A stretch of 64,000 nucleotides of DNA, taken from a virus. Its lineage: Duplodnaviria; Caudoviricetes. A program made the position numbers and the translations under genes. Of the stretch, positions 48,235-57,375 are shown piece after piece. Within the stretch, counting starts at the first letter, position 1; each line of letters begins with the position of its first letter. The stretch lies in the IMG/VR virus record IMGVR_UViG_3300026035_000002, positions 1,417 to 65,416 of that record. One strand, written 5' to 3'. The notes under the pieces were generated by a model that saw only the letters and a list, made by a program, of their open reading frames with translations, did no database searches and was not told the origin of the DNA.

Positions 48235-50220
48235 ATGAAATCTCTCGTTGCTGTACTCTCGCTCCTTCTGCTCGTGCCGCTGTCGTGCGCGCAGGAGACG
48301 GTAGACCATTCGACCGCGCTCAAGGTAATCCCCTGGACGATGCGGTACGACTTCCCCGGCAAGTGCTCTCCCAGCCAACGGATGACGCTGATCTCCGGAA
48401 CCTGGGGCAGTAACGATTACGTCTGCGGCTTGACGAATAACTGGGTAGCCACAGCCAGTAGCGGGGGTGCTTCGCCAGCGGGAAATGACGGAGATGTGCA
48501 GGTAAAGGCAGGGACGGCGCTCGGCGCGGCTCCGATGAATTGCGCCGGAGGCAACTGCACGATAGGGACTAGAGTGCTTGCGCAGGGGTCGGACGGCTAC
48601 GTCGATCCACTATTGGCAGTCAAGGCCCCGAACCAGAACGTTATCTATGCTTCCACGAGTTGCGGCGGAGCCACAAACTGCGTGACGGTTAAGGCGGATA
48701 CCAAGTGGGTATCTGATGCGACCTCGACCAATACATCGCAGACCGTAACCTGCCCCAATAACGACTGCAATTTTGTGGCTGGGGACGTTGGCAAGGTGGT
48801 ATTTGGAACAGCTGACGTTCTCGCGGGTGCAGTGCATGTCCCGATCGGAACGATTAGCGCGGTCAATGGAGCGCAATCCATTACCGTCTCCGTGGCAGCT
48901 ACCGCAAGCCACACAGCCAATCTTGTCTTGGTGTGGGGATCTGACGATACTGCCGCTCTCGACACCCTTTCGACCACTGTTGGCACAGCCTGTGCGATGG
49001 GAATCTTCCCGGCAGGCTACATGATCACCAAGCACGGACAGTTCAAAAGCCAGTCAGGATGCAAGGGGGCAGGATTGTCCGTCTATGCAGGTCCGGCGTG
49101 GAGAGGGCAAGGGATCAACGCTTCGTGGATCATCCCAACTCCAGACTTTGATTTCACCACATGCACGGGGGGCGTCAGCACAACGGCGTGCTTCTTTGGT
49201 ACGAATGCTGGCGAACTCTCCAGCTTTACGATATGGGGCGGCGGTGCGCTGCTCGGTGGCACTCAGGCCAAGAACCTTGTGGAGATAGGGAACGCATGCC
49301 GCGTAACCTTAGTTGATTTTGAGGGCTTTGCGGCCAACACATCCAGTCTTGTAGGTCTAAGCTGGCATAGCTCTTCCGGGGTCATGTACAGCGGTGGCGT
49401 GATCCAGTTTGGGTCCACGCAGTTTAAGGCGGAAGCCAACCAAACCATATCCATTGGAAATTATTACTACGGCACTTTCGGACCCGCTCTGCAAGTTGGA
49501 CAAGGAGGAATCGGGACGCTGATGTCGATAGCGGATTACTTTCAAGGTTGCTCCGCAAGTAGTTACACCACTGCCGTCACGACAGAGGCGCAGTTCCATA
49601 ATGTCTTCATCGCCCCCAATTCTGGCTGCACTGCGATAAACACAACGGGTGGAGTGGTCACACTTTCAGACAATTCTCGAATAAATGTCCTGAACGCCAG
49701 TGGGGTTACCGGAATCGTGGCACTCAGCGGAGCAAAGGTGTACATGCAGAATTCCACGATCACCGGGGGATCGGGAGCATCGCCTTTAAACACGAACTCG
49801 ACGGGAAATCTGTATGACCAAGGCGGGATGACCTTTGTGGCGACATCCGGGGCCATCGGCGCAAATGTCGTGGGTCCGGTGTTTGGATCAGCCTCAATTA
49901 CTGGAACGGCTTTCACCACCACCGGGTTCGCGCTAACATCCGGCTGGGATACCAGCACCAAGACCTCTGCATCGGGCAATGCCCAGAAACTCACTTATTT
50001 GATCACTCTTGCCGGAACGCCCACGACAGGCGCAGTGGCTACCGTCACGTTCCCAAACACGTTCCTGGTTGCTCCGATCTGCACGCATAGCGAGGGTGGA
50101 ACGCAACTCCTTACGAACGTCACGCTTGGCACCCCGTCAACCACATCGGTGACGGTGACATACACCGGGACGCTGACTGCCGCGAACACGATCCAGCAGG
50201 TTTTAAGCTGTTCGAACTAG
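48235..50220 (+). CDS. Signal-peptide, Cys-rich beta-helix (pectin-lyase-like) protein
   Basis: AAGGA RBS; MKSLVAVLSLLLLVPLSCA; GSDDTAAL...IFPAGY beta-helix cap; about 17 Cys after the leader. Confidence 0.75.
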   Translation: MKSLVAVLSLLLLVPLSCAQETVDHSTALKVIPWTMRYDFPGKCSPSQRMTLISGTWGSNDYVCGLTNNWVATASSGGASPAGNDGDVQVKAGTALGAAPMNCAGGNCTIGTRVLAQGSDGYVDPLLAVKAPNQNVIYASTSCGGATNCVTVKADTKWVSDATSTNTSQTVTCPNNDCNFVAGDVGKVVFGTADVLAGAVHVPIGTISAVNGAQSITVSVAATASHTANLVLVWGSDDTAALDTLSTTVGTACAMGIFPAGYMITKHGQFKSQSGCKGAGLSVYAGPAWRGQGINASWIIPTPDFDFTTCTGGVSTTACFFGTNAGELSSFTIWGGGALLGGTQAKNLVEIGNACRVTLVDFEGFAANTSSLVGLSWHSSSGVMYSGGVIQFGSTQFKAEANQTISIGNYYYGTFGPALQVGQGGIGTLMSIADYFQGCSASSYTTAVTTEAQFHNVFIAPNSGCTAINTTGGVVTLSDNSRINVLNASGVTGIVALSGAKVYMQNSTITGGSGASPLNTNSTGNLYDQGGMTFVATSGAIGANVVGPVFGSASITGTAFTTTGFALTSGWDTSTKTSASGNAQKLTYLITLAGTPTTGAVATVTFPNTFLVAPICTHSEGGTQLLTNVTLGTPSTTSVTVTYTGTLTAANTIQQVLSCSN

Positions 50221-50268
50221 GCACTCATTTCGAGGGGATCTGTTCTTAGTACTATTGCCTGACTCACA

Positions 50269-51099
50269 GTGTCCACAGTCAAAGAAATCATCCTCGCGCA
50301 CGACGGCTACGTCACCGCCACAGTCAACGCGTACACGCACCGGCTCCAGGACATTGTAGGAATAGCCACCGCCCGCACGGTCTCTGAACTCCATCGGAAG
50401 CTCACGATCCTGCCGGATGGAACGATAGCCAACACGCCGGGAAACACGCGAGTACTGAAGGGAATAGCAGCAATCTTCCAGGATGAGATGGATGCTGCCG
50501 GGTTCCAGGGGCTGAACAAAGCGTACGCCGGCCAGTTTAGCGGCCAGCTCCCGTTTCTCGACCAGCTCGTCGACAAAGTCGGAGAGTCGCTCAGCCATAC
50601 GTTCCCCGACGTGAAGGACGCGCTCGACGCGCAGGACCGGAAAGCTCTGGCAGCGCTGCAGTCGTCGACGGTCGCCAATCTGGAGACTGTAGTCGATACG
50701 GCAGCAGCGGCGGCGACCCGGCAAGCGCTCTTCAATGTGGCCGGATTGTCAGCCTCGGACCTGGCCGCTACGCTGGCAAAGGCCTTCGGGGCTACGGTAC
50801 CGCACGCGGAAGCGATCGCGGACACGGCTCAAGTGGCCTGGTACCGGACAGCCTCCGATCGAACTTACCGGGCGATTGAGTCTGATTTACCGGGCTTCAA
50901 GATCGAGTACGAATATGATGGACCGCTCGATAGTTTGAACCGCAGGGTTTGCAAGCTCTGGAGACAGCAGTCGATCGCCGGGAAGCGCTGGACGCGGGAA
51001 GACATCGACAAGCTCGACAACGGAGCGGGGCAGCCCAAACCGGTCATGATCTTCTGCGGGGGCATACGCTGCCGACATCAGTGGATAGTCAGCGTCTAA
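50269..51099 (+). CDS. Minor head protein, SPP1 gp7/Mu gpF-like
   Basis: ADTAQVAWYR, YEYDGPLDSLNRRVC, FCGGIRCRHQW. Confidence 0.75.
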   Translation: MSTVKEIILAHDGYVTATVNAYTHRLQDIVGIATARTVSELHRKLTILPDGTIANTPGNTRVLKGIAAIFQDEMDAAGFQGLNKAYAGQFSGQLPFLDQLVDKVGESLSHTFPDVKDALDAQDRKALAALQSSTVANLETVVDTAAAAATRQALFNVAGLSASDLAATLAKAFGATVPHAEAIADTAQVAWYRTASDRTYRAIESDLPGFKIEYEYDGPLDSLNRRVCKLWRQQSIAGKRWTREDIDKLDNGAGQPKPVMIFCGGIRCRHQWIVSV

Positions 51100-51115
51100 A
51101 TGGGATCATGGCGGC

Positions 51116-51589
51116 ATGAAAGCCTTTTTGCTCCTGCTGGCGTCTGTTGCGATCGCAAGCGCTCATTCAGTTGACCTGGCCTGGACCTGGTCGCAAGGTG
51201 ACGGAGTGGCTGCCACGGGCTTTCATGTGGAGCGGTCCCTGGTTTCAGGCGGACCCTATGCCGTGATTGCCACGGTGTCAGATCCGGCGGTAATGGCCTA
51301 TTCTGACGCCACCGTGCTCTCGGGCCTGACGTATTACTACGTGGTGACGGCGTTTAACGATGATGGGGATTCGGCGCCCACGAACGAAGCGGCGGCTATC
51401 ATTCCCGGCTCATCGGTAGTGCTGACGAGCAGTGTTGACGCCGTCTATCCGCAGCCGATTCTGTACGGCGGCTATCCGGTTTTCGGGCTGGGATCCTATC
51501 TGCCCATGATTGTAAACGGCGCTTATCCCGTGAGTGAGGCATCCGGAGTTTATCGAGCTATGACGTCCATCCTGGTGGTAACGCAGTGA
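51116..51589 (+). CDS. Signal-peptide fibronectin type III protein
   Basis: MKAFLLLLASVAIASA; VDLAW...GFHVERS..SGGPY...YSD......TYYYVVTAFN..GDSAPTNE. Confidence 0.85.
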   Translation: MKAFLLLLASVAIASAHSVDLAWTWSQGDGVAATGFHVERSLVSGGPYAVIATVSDPAVMAYSDATVLSGLTYYYVVTAFNDDGDSAPTNEAAAIIPGSSVVLTSSVDAVYPQPILYGGYPVFGLGSYLPMIVNGAYPVSEASGVYRAMTSILVVTQ

Positions 51590-51948
51590 AGAAAGCCATC
51601 CTCGCAGCCCTTTTGTTCTGTGTTTCGGCAACTGGCGCGAACATCCTGACAATCACCAAGACTCCGTACGAGCAGGTGAACTGTTCGGTGGATTTCGGGG
51701 CGGTAGTCGGCTCGGGAGCTATCGTGCTCGACTCGGTTGTGACCACCCTCCAGAACGGGGCGGTTACCAAGGGGATTGTTGCGACGACACCGGCTCCAGC
51801 GATCACCGCCAGCACTTCGACTGTGGTCCTGCAGCTCGTTGGCGGTGTGGCGCGCACCACGTATCTAGTTTCGGTCCGGGTATCGAATTCAGTGACCGGC
51901 GAGAAGTGGGACGGCGTTATCACGCTGAACGTTACGGCCGGTCCCTGA
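51586..51948 (+). CDS. Signal-peptide protein resembling phage fibre-tail adaptor domains
   Basis: MKKAILAALLFCVSATGA; KTPYEQVNCSVDF...GGVARTTYLVSVRV. Confidence 0.6.
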   Translation: MKKAILAALLFCVSATGANILTITKTPYEQVNCSVDFGAVVGSGAIVLDSVVTTLQNGAVTKGIVATTPAPAITASTSTVVLQLVGGVARTTYLVSVRVSNSVTGEKWDGVITLNVTAGP

Positions 51949-51959
51949 CCGTTTCCCTC

Positions 51960-52220
51960 ATGGCTTCATCAGAACCAGATTACGCGAACATCCGAAACTT
52001 CCTCGGCCATTTAGTTGGTAAGACGCTGGTCGACGTGACTCAGCATGACGAGGATGAATACCTGGAGACGCAGGAATCCTACGTGATGCTGCTGTTCGAT
52101 TGCGGCGACACCGTGAAGTTCCCGATATCGGATGCCGGGTTTTGCTTTACCCGCGAAGGGGAAGAAGTCCCGGTCGAGCCATACGACGAGGATGCCAACG
52201 ACGACGGCGAGGGCAGCTGA
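51960..52220 (+). CDS. Acidic hypothetical protein
   Basis: 86 aa. Confidence 0.6.
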   Translation: MASSEPDYANIRNFLGHLVGKTLVDVTQHDEDEYLETQESYVMLLFDCGDTVKFPISDAGFCFTREGEEVPVEPYDEDANDDGEGS

Positions 52221-52402
52221 ATCACTTCGGCAGGCCCGTTCGAGATCTCTCGCGCTTCGACGCGAGTCCGGATCTCGAAACGCCTGGCGCCAACCCGGAA
52301 GATAAACCGGTGAGTACCGGCGTCATCGGGTAAGTTCGGTTCTGGCTTGAATTCGGTTATTGCCACAGAACCAGTTTTGGCCGATATCGAGGCCTTGCGC
52401 AA
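52079..52402 (-). CDS. Possible small antisense protein
   Basis: N-terminal 65 aa fill a gap on + strand and read protein-like; C-terminus overlaps 51960 gene. Confidence 0.35.
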   Translation of the reverse strand: MRKASISAKTGSVAITEFKPEPNLPDDAGTHRFIFRVGARRFEIRTRVEAREISNGPAEVIQLPSPSSLASSSYGSTGTSSPSRVKQNPASDIGNFTVSPQSNSSIT

Positions 52403-52425
52403 TTACGCAAATGTACTAAAAAGTC

Positions 52426-52992
52426 ATGGAAGCATCATTCTCTGGGCCGGGCGGCAGTGACCCGGTAATCGCCGCGCGCCGCACCGTTGTCTCCGCATTT
52501 CCAACCGAGGGCGATGGCTTGTACGCGATGCAGCGGCAGCGCTCCCGGATGCTGAAGCGAACTGATGCAGGCGTCGACGCGCACGGCGCTCCTTTCGCGC
52601 AGTATGAAGCGAAATATGCCAAGCGAAAGGCCAAGTACGGCCGGTCCGCCAAAGTCGATTTACGCGGGCGCAACGCCCCCCATATGCTCCAGGCCATGCT
52701 CGTCACTTCAGGCGGGCTGACGGAATCCGGCGACTCTACGGCACTGGTCGAAGAGATGAGCATCGCCTTCTACGATGAGCGCGCGGCGAAGCTGGCTAAG
52801 GTTCACAACGAGGGCGGCACGGTACCAACCCGGCTCGGCAAGGGCAAGGGGAAGCCGAAAAAGGGCGGCAAGTCCAGCTTTCAGATGCCACGGCGTCATT
52901 TCTTCGAAGCTACCGACGAGGACCTGAACGCGATCCATCAGGACATCGGCGAGCGCGTCGCAGCTCGCTTGCAGGCACAGAACAATCAATGA
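52426..52992 (+). CDS. Virion morphogenesis/neck protein (Mu gpG-like)
   Basis: GVDAHGAPFAQY...YAKRK, LAKVHNEG, MPRRHFF. Confidence 0.7.
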   Translation: MEASFSGPGGSDPVIAARRTVVSAFPTEGDGLYAMQRQRSRMLKRTDAGVDAHGAPFAQYEAKYAKRKAKYGRSAKVDLRGRNAPHMLQAMLVTSGGLTESGDSTALVEEMSIAFYDERAAKLAKVHNEGGTVPTRLGKGKGKPKKGGKSSFQMPRRHFFEATDEDLNAIHQDIGERVAARLQAQNNQ

Positions 52993-53549
52993 GCATCGTC
53001 TCCCCCATCGGCTTCTGCCGAACCGCCGTCAAAGCGCAGCTGGCGCACGCAACGCTCGGCCTCAACCCGAACCTTGTCACTTATGCCGCGGCGTACGGCG
53101 TCCCGGCGTGGTCGTTCGACTTCACCGCATCGAGCCGCAATTTCTTCGAAGCAAACGTCGATTACACCAACTCGGAAGAGACGGACATCCCGCAGAAGAA
53201 CCTGCTGACGTTGTACGGTGACCCGGCATTACCCTTTCCGGAACATGATCGAGTCTTCGGAACGGCATTCTCCGGTACCGTGGCGCTCTGCTGCGACATG
53301 TATATCGGATCGCTGGCGGAGAAAATCGGCAAGTTCGAGGCTTATGTGGACGCGGCGTCGGCAGCGATGCTGCAGACGATGAACACCGTCACCAACCAGA
53401 ACGTTTTGAACGCGGCAGACTCCACGACCCGCAGCGGCAAAGTCTACAAGATGGACCTGGGAATCCGGCCTGCGAAGTGCCAGTTTGACGGCGAAAACTG
53501 GATCATCCCAGTGCGGTTCACGATGAGCTTCGGCGTCATCATCCCCTGA
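52989..53549 (+). CDS. Putative tail terminator
   Basis: Position between neck and tube; C-terminal beta strands. Confidence 0.5.
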   Translation: MSIVSPIGFCRTAVKAQLAHATLGLNPNLVTYAAAYGVPAWSFDFTASSRNFFEANVDYTNSEETDIPQKNLLTLYGDPALPFPEHDRVFGTAFSGTVALCCDMYIGSLAEKIGKFEAYVDAASAAMLQTMNTVTNQNVLNAADSTTRSGKVYKMDLGIRPAKCQFDGENWIIPVRFTMSFGVIIP

Positions 53550-53566
53550 TTTCTTTATACAAACAA

Positions 53567-53887
53567 ATGAAAACCTTCTATTTCCTTGGCGCACACAGCG
53601 CCATCAGCGGCGACAACTACGCCCACATACTCACCAAGTTCGGTGAAGCAGTCGAACTGACCGACGAAGCCGCGGCGAACCACGCGATCCACGGCGCGCG
53701 CCTCGTCCCGGCCTCCGACTTCGAGACAATCGGCTTCACCCCGGAAGAGCTTGAACTCAATTCCGACCTCCTCGCCCATGACGACACCGCGGACGAAGAG
53801 TTCCTCGCAAAACGCACGGCTGCTTTCGATGCAGCAGACAAATTCCGCACCGAGGCCATGGCCGCGGCGCAAACCCCACAGGAGTAA
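53567..53887 (+). CDS. Hypothetical protein
   Basis: Co-oriented, 106 aa. Confidence 0.6.
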   Translation: MKTFYFLGAHSAISGDNYAHILTKFGEAVELTDEAAANHAIHGARLVPASDFETIGFTPEELELNSDLLAHDDTADEEFLAKRTAAFDAADKFRTEAMAAAQTPQE

Positions 53888-53893
53888 CACACA

Positions 53894-54949
53894 ATGGCAC
53901 TCGGTAATATCGGCTCCAGTCGTCTTCAGACGCTGTGGGCCCAGACCCAAACGGCTTTTTCCACGTTCACGAACAGCTCTGGAACGTGGACCAACACCGG
54001 CGCAATCAAGCAGCGCTATGACGAATTCTCCCCGCAAGGCGTGAACCCGGTCAACAGCCCGACCTACTTCACCGGCACCTCTTCGCCGCTGATCGGCACT
54101 CGCGGCCGGCAGAACGCCAACTGGACCCTGGCCATGCCCTTGATCCCGTCCGGCGCTGCTGGCACGGCTCCCGATGCAGGGCCGATCCTCGCGTCCATCT
54201 TCGGCGCTGCAGGCACGGTCAGCACCAGCACTTCGGTGACGTACAACCTGCTCGACACCGTCTCTCCCCTCGGCTTGTTCTGGTACAACGAAAACTCGAA
54301 CGAAACCAACCCCACGAATTACTACATTCTGGGAGGCTGTCCGACTCAGGCGACGTTCATTTTGAACCAGAATTTCCTGTCGATGCGCGCTCAGGGCTTC
54401 GGCTACGGCCGCGGCGACAGCACATCGTTCTCCTCCTATACCTCGGGCGATGCGGGACTAAAGGGCGGCTTGACCGTCTACCCGGCAGAACCGGGCTCAG
54501 TGACGCAGAACGGCAACGTGATCCCGGGCTACGGCAACGGCAACACGGCAACTTTCGATTCCAATGCGACGCTGGAACTTCGCGGCCAGGTCGAGCTGAC
54601 GGTCAACACAGGGCTCGAGGGCCTGGGCGACACCTTCTCGAATGCGTATCAAGTCGCAGCGGGCCGAGGGCTTCGTACCGTTTCCATGCAGCGCATCCAG
54701 TGCGTGGACTCGGATGGCACTACGATCTCCAACTTGAAGGCGAAAGCGTTCAGCAAAACGCCCATTACCATCGCCCTGCAAGTCGGTGGAACGGCTGGCA
54801 GCATCTTCACTTTCACGCTGCGCAACGTCCAGCTTGGCGGCTCCGAGATCAGCGTCAACGGAGCGTTCCTCGACATCATCTGGTCGGACAACCAGGCGCA
54901 CGCAACAAGCGCCGCAGTAACCGACGATATGACGCTCGCCTGCACGTAA
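53894..54949 (+). CDS. Major tail tube protein
   Basis: GGAG RBS; NWTLAMPLIPSGAAGTAPD, QATFIL, FTFTLRNVQL; followed by chaperones and TMP. Confidence 0.75.
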   Translation: MALGNIGSSRLQTLWAQTQTAFSTFTNSSGTWTNTGAIKQRYDEFSPQGVNPVNSPTYFTGTSSPLIGTRGRQNANWTLAMPLIPSGAAGTAPDAGPILASIFGAAGTVSTSTSVTYNLLDTVSPLGLFWYNENSNETNPTNYYILGGCPTQATFILNQNFLSMRAQGFGYGRGDSTSFSSYTSGDAGLKGGLTVYPAEPGSVTQNGNVIPGYGNGNTATFDSNATLELRGQVELTVNTGLEGLGDTFSNAYQVAAGRGLRTVSMQRIQCVDSDGTTISNLKAKAFSKTPITIALQVGGTAGSIFTFTLRNVQLGGSEISVNGAFLDIIWSDNQAHATSAAVTDDMTLACT

Positions 54950-54968
54950 AGCTTTCAGTTTGGGCAAA

Positions 54969-55009
54969 GCAAGCGCTGCCGATCCACCCACCTGTCGGCA
55001 GCGGCTTGC
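54969..55009. terminator. 14-bp hairpin between convergent genes
   Basis: GCAAGCGCTGCCGA / TCGGCAGCGGCTTGC with one bulge; short T run on minus strand. Confidence 0.55.
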
Positions 55010-55098
55010 ACTCCTTGGCGGCTTAACGGGGTACACGCCGTATGTGCGTGACTCACTAGCCGGTCTGTGCCGCGCCCACTACAGACCGGCACCCCTTT

Positions 55099-55317
55099 TC
55101 ATTTGGGAGCCTTGACGATATTCCATTCAGCTGGCGTCCATTCCGGATGCCCGACGGATCGGTTGAGCTCGATCTTTCTTTGCTTCCACTCTTCAAACTG
55201 TTCGCGCCGAACGTGTTGTTGGGACCATGCGGATAGCAGCATCCCTCCGCCAAGGAAGGCAATCCCAGCCATTTGAAGCACGAACGCGATGACATCTAGA
55301 TCCATTGTTACTTTCAA
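55099..55317 (-). CDS. Small antisense membrane protein
   Basis: One TM helix; GAGGTG upstream; occupies a gap on + strand. Confidence 0.55.
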   Translation of the reverse strand: MKVTMDLDVIAFVLQMAGIAFLGGGMLLSAWSQQHVRREQFEEWKQRKIELNRSVGHPEWTPAEWNIVKAPK

Positions 55318-55327
55318 TTTTCACCTC

Positions 55328-55936
55328 ATGGACTTCTCCAAAACCTACACTCTTGAATCGAAGACTTACCCCGGCGTCGAAGTGAAACTGTCCCGCCTGG
55401 GACCGAAGCTGCGCGCCAACCTGGAACTGTCGCTCACCGAACCCCGCGCCCGCGAACGCGACCTCGCCATGAAACGCGATTTCCTCGGCGAACAATTGAA
55501 CGCCATCCTCGAGAAGTCGCCGCGGAGTGCGGATGGAAAAGTCATCGAAGCGGATCTGCCCAAGGAAGCGCTCAAGATCGCAGACGAACTGATCGCCGTG
55601 CGGACGGAACTCGAGAACGTGCAGCGCGCGCTCATCTACCCGGTGTTCGTCAAGGCTGCCGTGAAGGGCTTCAATTCGGAGCTGACCTATGAAGGGCAAC
55701 CTGCCACCGCGGAGCTGCTGAGCGAGCACGGGCCGGATGACTTGTTCCTCGAGGTAGTGAAAGCCATCAATGGCAACGGCTATCTCACTGAGGAACAGGT
55801 GGGAAACTCGCCGTCGCCTATCACTTCGCCCGTAGTGGGGGATACCGCGACGAACAATACCACTGCGACACCTGCAAGCAACGCGCCGGACTCCCCATCA
55901 AGCGCCGCTGCCTCAAGTACTTCCCAACCCGGGTAA
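55328..55936 (+). CDS. Tail assembly chaperone (gpG equivalent)
   Basis: Between tube and TMP; contains slippery heptamer. Confidence 0.8.
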   Translation: MDFSKTYTLESKTYPGVEVKLSRLGPKLRANLELSLTEPRARERDLAMKRDFLGEQLNAILEKSPRSADGKVIEADLPKEALKIADELIAVRTELENVQRALIYPVFVKAAVKGFNSELTYEGQPATAELLSEHGPDDLFLEVVKAINGNGYLTEEQVGNSPSPITSPVVGDTATNNTTATPASNAPDSPSSAAASSTSQPG

Positions 55937-56307
55937 AGCAGCCCAAGCACCAGTGGGTGAAGGTTCTCCGGTTCTGGTTCCAATACTGGACGCCGAAACC
56001 AGGGTGGAAGTGGACACCGACTTATCCCATGCCATTCGAAACCACCAAGGGCACCCGGACCGCCTACGTTTCGATTGATGATGTTGATTCTCCGGAGTGC
56101 CCGGTCTCCCGCCTGACGCGCAACCCGGCGGACGAATCCCGGGACTTAGTCCAGATCTTCAGCCAGACGCAGCCGATCGAGCAGCTGCACCCGATGGGCG
56201 AGGCGAAAGACTGGCCAGGCGCATGGCTTGAAACATATCTTTTACTTTCAAGGGAAAAGATGCGGCACGATCAGGCACAACAGGTCGCGGCGCAAAAGGC
56301 ACTATGA
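55801..56307 (+). CDS. -1 frameshift extension of tail chaperone (gpGT equivalent)
   Basis: G GGA AAC at 55801-55807; -1 frame open without stops into ORF 55957-56307. Confidence 0.88.
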   Translation, partial: GKLAVAYHFARSGGYRDEQYHCDTCKQRAGLPIKRRCLKYFPTRVKQPKHQWVKVLRFWFQYWTPKPGWKWTPTYPMPFETTKGTRTAYVSIDDVDSPECPVSRLTRNPADESRDLVQIFSQTQPIEQLHPMGEAKDWPGAWLETYLLLSREKMRHDQAQQVAAQKAL

Positions 56308-57318
56308 CTGGTGCTTTGATCCCCACCGGGCCTTATTTGCGGCCAGGTTGGCTTTACGGGCATTAGCCCTCCTAGTTTCAGGAGGAACTGAGGCTGCGGA
56401 TTTTTTAGCCCATGCGCTTCGCTGTTCATGTGTTGAGTTTGCGAGCCGGGTTTGAGCGGCGCGCCTTCCAGCGGCACTGCGTTCTTCCTGTGTTCTAGCG
56501 GCTTGAAATTGTTTCGCGGTATCGCGCCTCTGTTCAGTAGTGCGGGAACCCGAAAAAGAGGAAAGCTGTTGGCGGCGTTCTTCTGGTGTGACGGCGGCCC
56601 AGCGTTTTCTAGCCGCAGCCCCCCGATCTTCGCCATTTTTGTTTAGCCATTGTTTTTGGGCGATCGCAGTGCGGCGCTCGGGCGTCATATTGGCGGCTCG
56701 CTTACGTGCTGCGTCGCTTCGTTTCTCTGGCCCCATCGTGGCCTTTGCCTTTTTGATGATCTGCGTTCGCTGTTCTTTACTCTTGTTCGCCCAACGCCCC
56801 TTCGCTGCCTGCGACTTTACCTCAAAAGGGACACGCTCTTGTAGTGTTCTTACCTTGTCGCTTCGTTGCTCCGGCGTCAATCTCGCCCATATTTCTTTGC
56901 TGACGGCGCTTCGTTGCTCGAATGTCTGCTTCAGTGCGTTGCGCTTTCCTACGGCGCTGCGCTCTTCAAAGGTCCCCCAGAGTCGCCTGGTTCCATCGCC
57001 GCCGTTGGTTGTATTCCAGAGCTTAGCGCCGGCGGTTTTGTAATGAGCGATCCAGTGTTTTTCCGCGTCAACCCATCCGTCTCCCTCGCCGTTTTCAATC
57101 GGTTCGATGAGGGGTAAAAGGCCAATGCAGATGTATTCGAAAAGTCGCCGATCGCGATAAGTTGCCGTGGGATTCTTTAGTGCCGAAACAATATGCTGCT
57201 GCAGCCGTCTCTTGAGCGTCCTGTTAGTCTTGCCGACATATTTGACCTGAAGAGTCCGTGGGCACTTCAGCATATAAATAACCCAAGGCAGATTGGGCGC
57301 GCTGTCAGGATTGCTCAC
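56302..57318 (-). CDS. Free-standing GIY-YIG endonuclease with 13 tandem ~16-aa repeats
   Basis: VIYML.......KYVGKT...LKRRLQQH, AEKHWI, NTTNGGDG. Confidence 0.88.
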   Translation of the reverse strand: MSNPDSAPNLPWVIYMLKCPRTLQVKYVGKTNRTLKRRLQQHIVSALKNPTATYRDRRLFEYICIGLLPLIEPIENGEGDGWVDAEKHWIAHYKTAGAKLWNTTNGGDGTRRLWGTFEERSAVGKRNALKQTFEQRSAVSKEIWARLTPEQRSDKVRTLQERVPFEVKSQAAKGRWANKSKEQRTQIIKKAKATMGPEKRSDAARKRAANMTPERRTAIAQKQWLNKNGEDRGAAARKRWAAVTPEERRQQLSSFSGSRTTEQRRDTAKQFQAARTQEERSAAGRRAAQTRLANSTHEQRSAWAKKSAASVPPETRRANARKANLAANKARWGSKHQS

Positions 57319-57375
57319 CGGATCATTTTAATCACGTTCGCATTCAATTTCCAATAAGCAGAATGTACTAAATCC

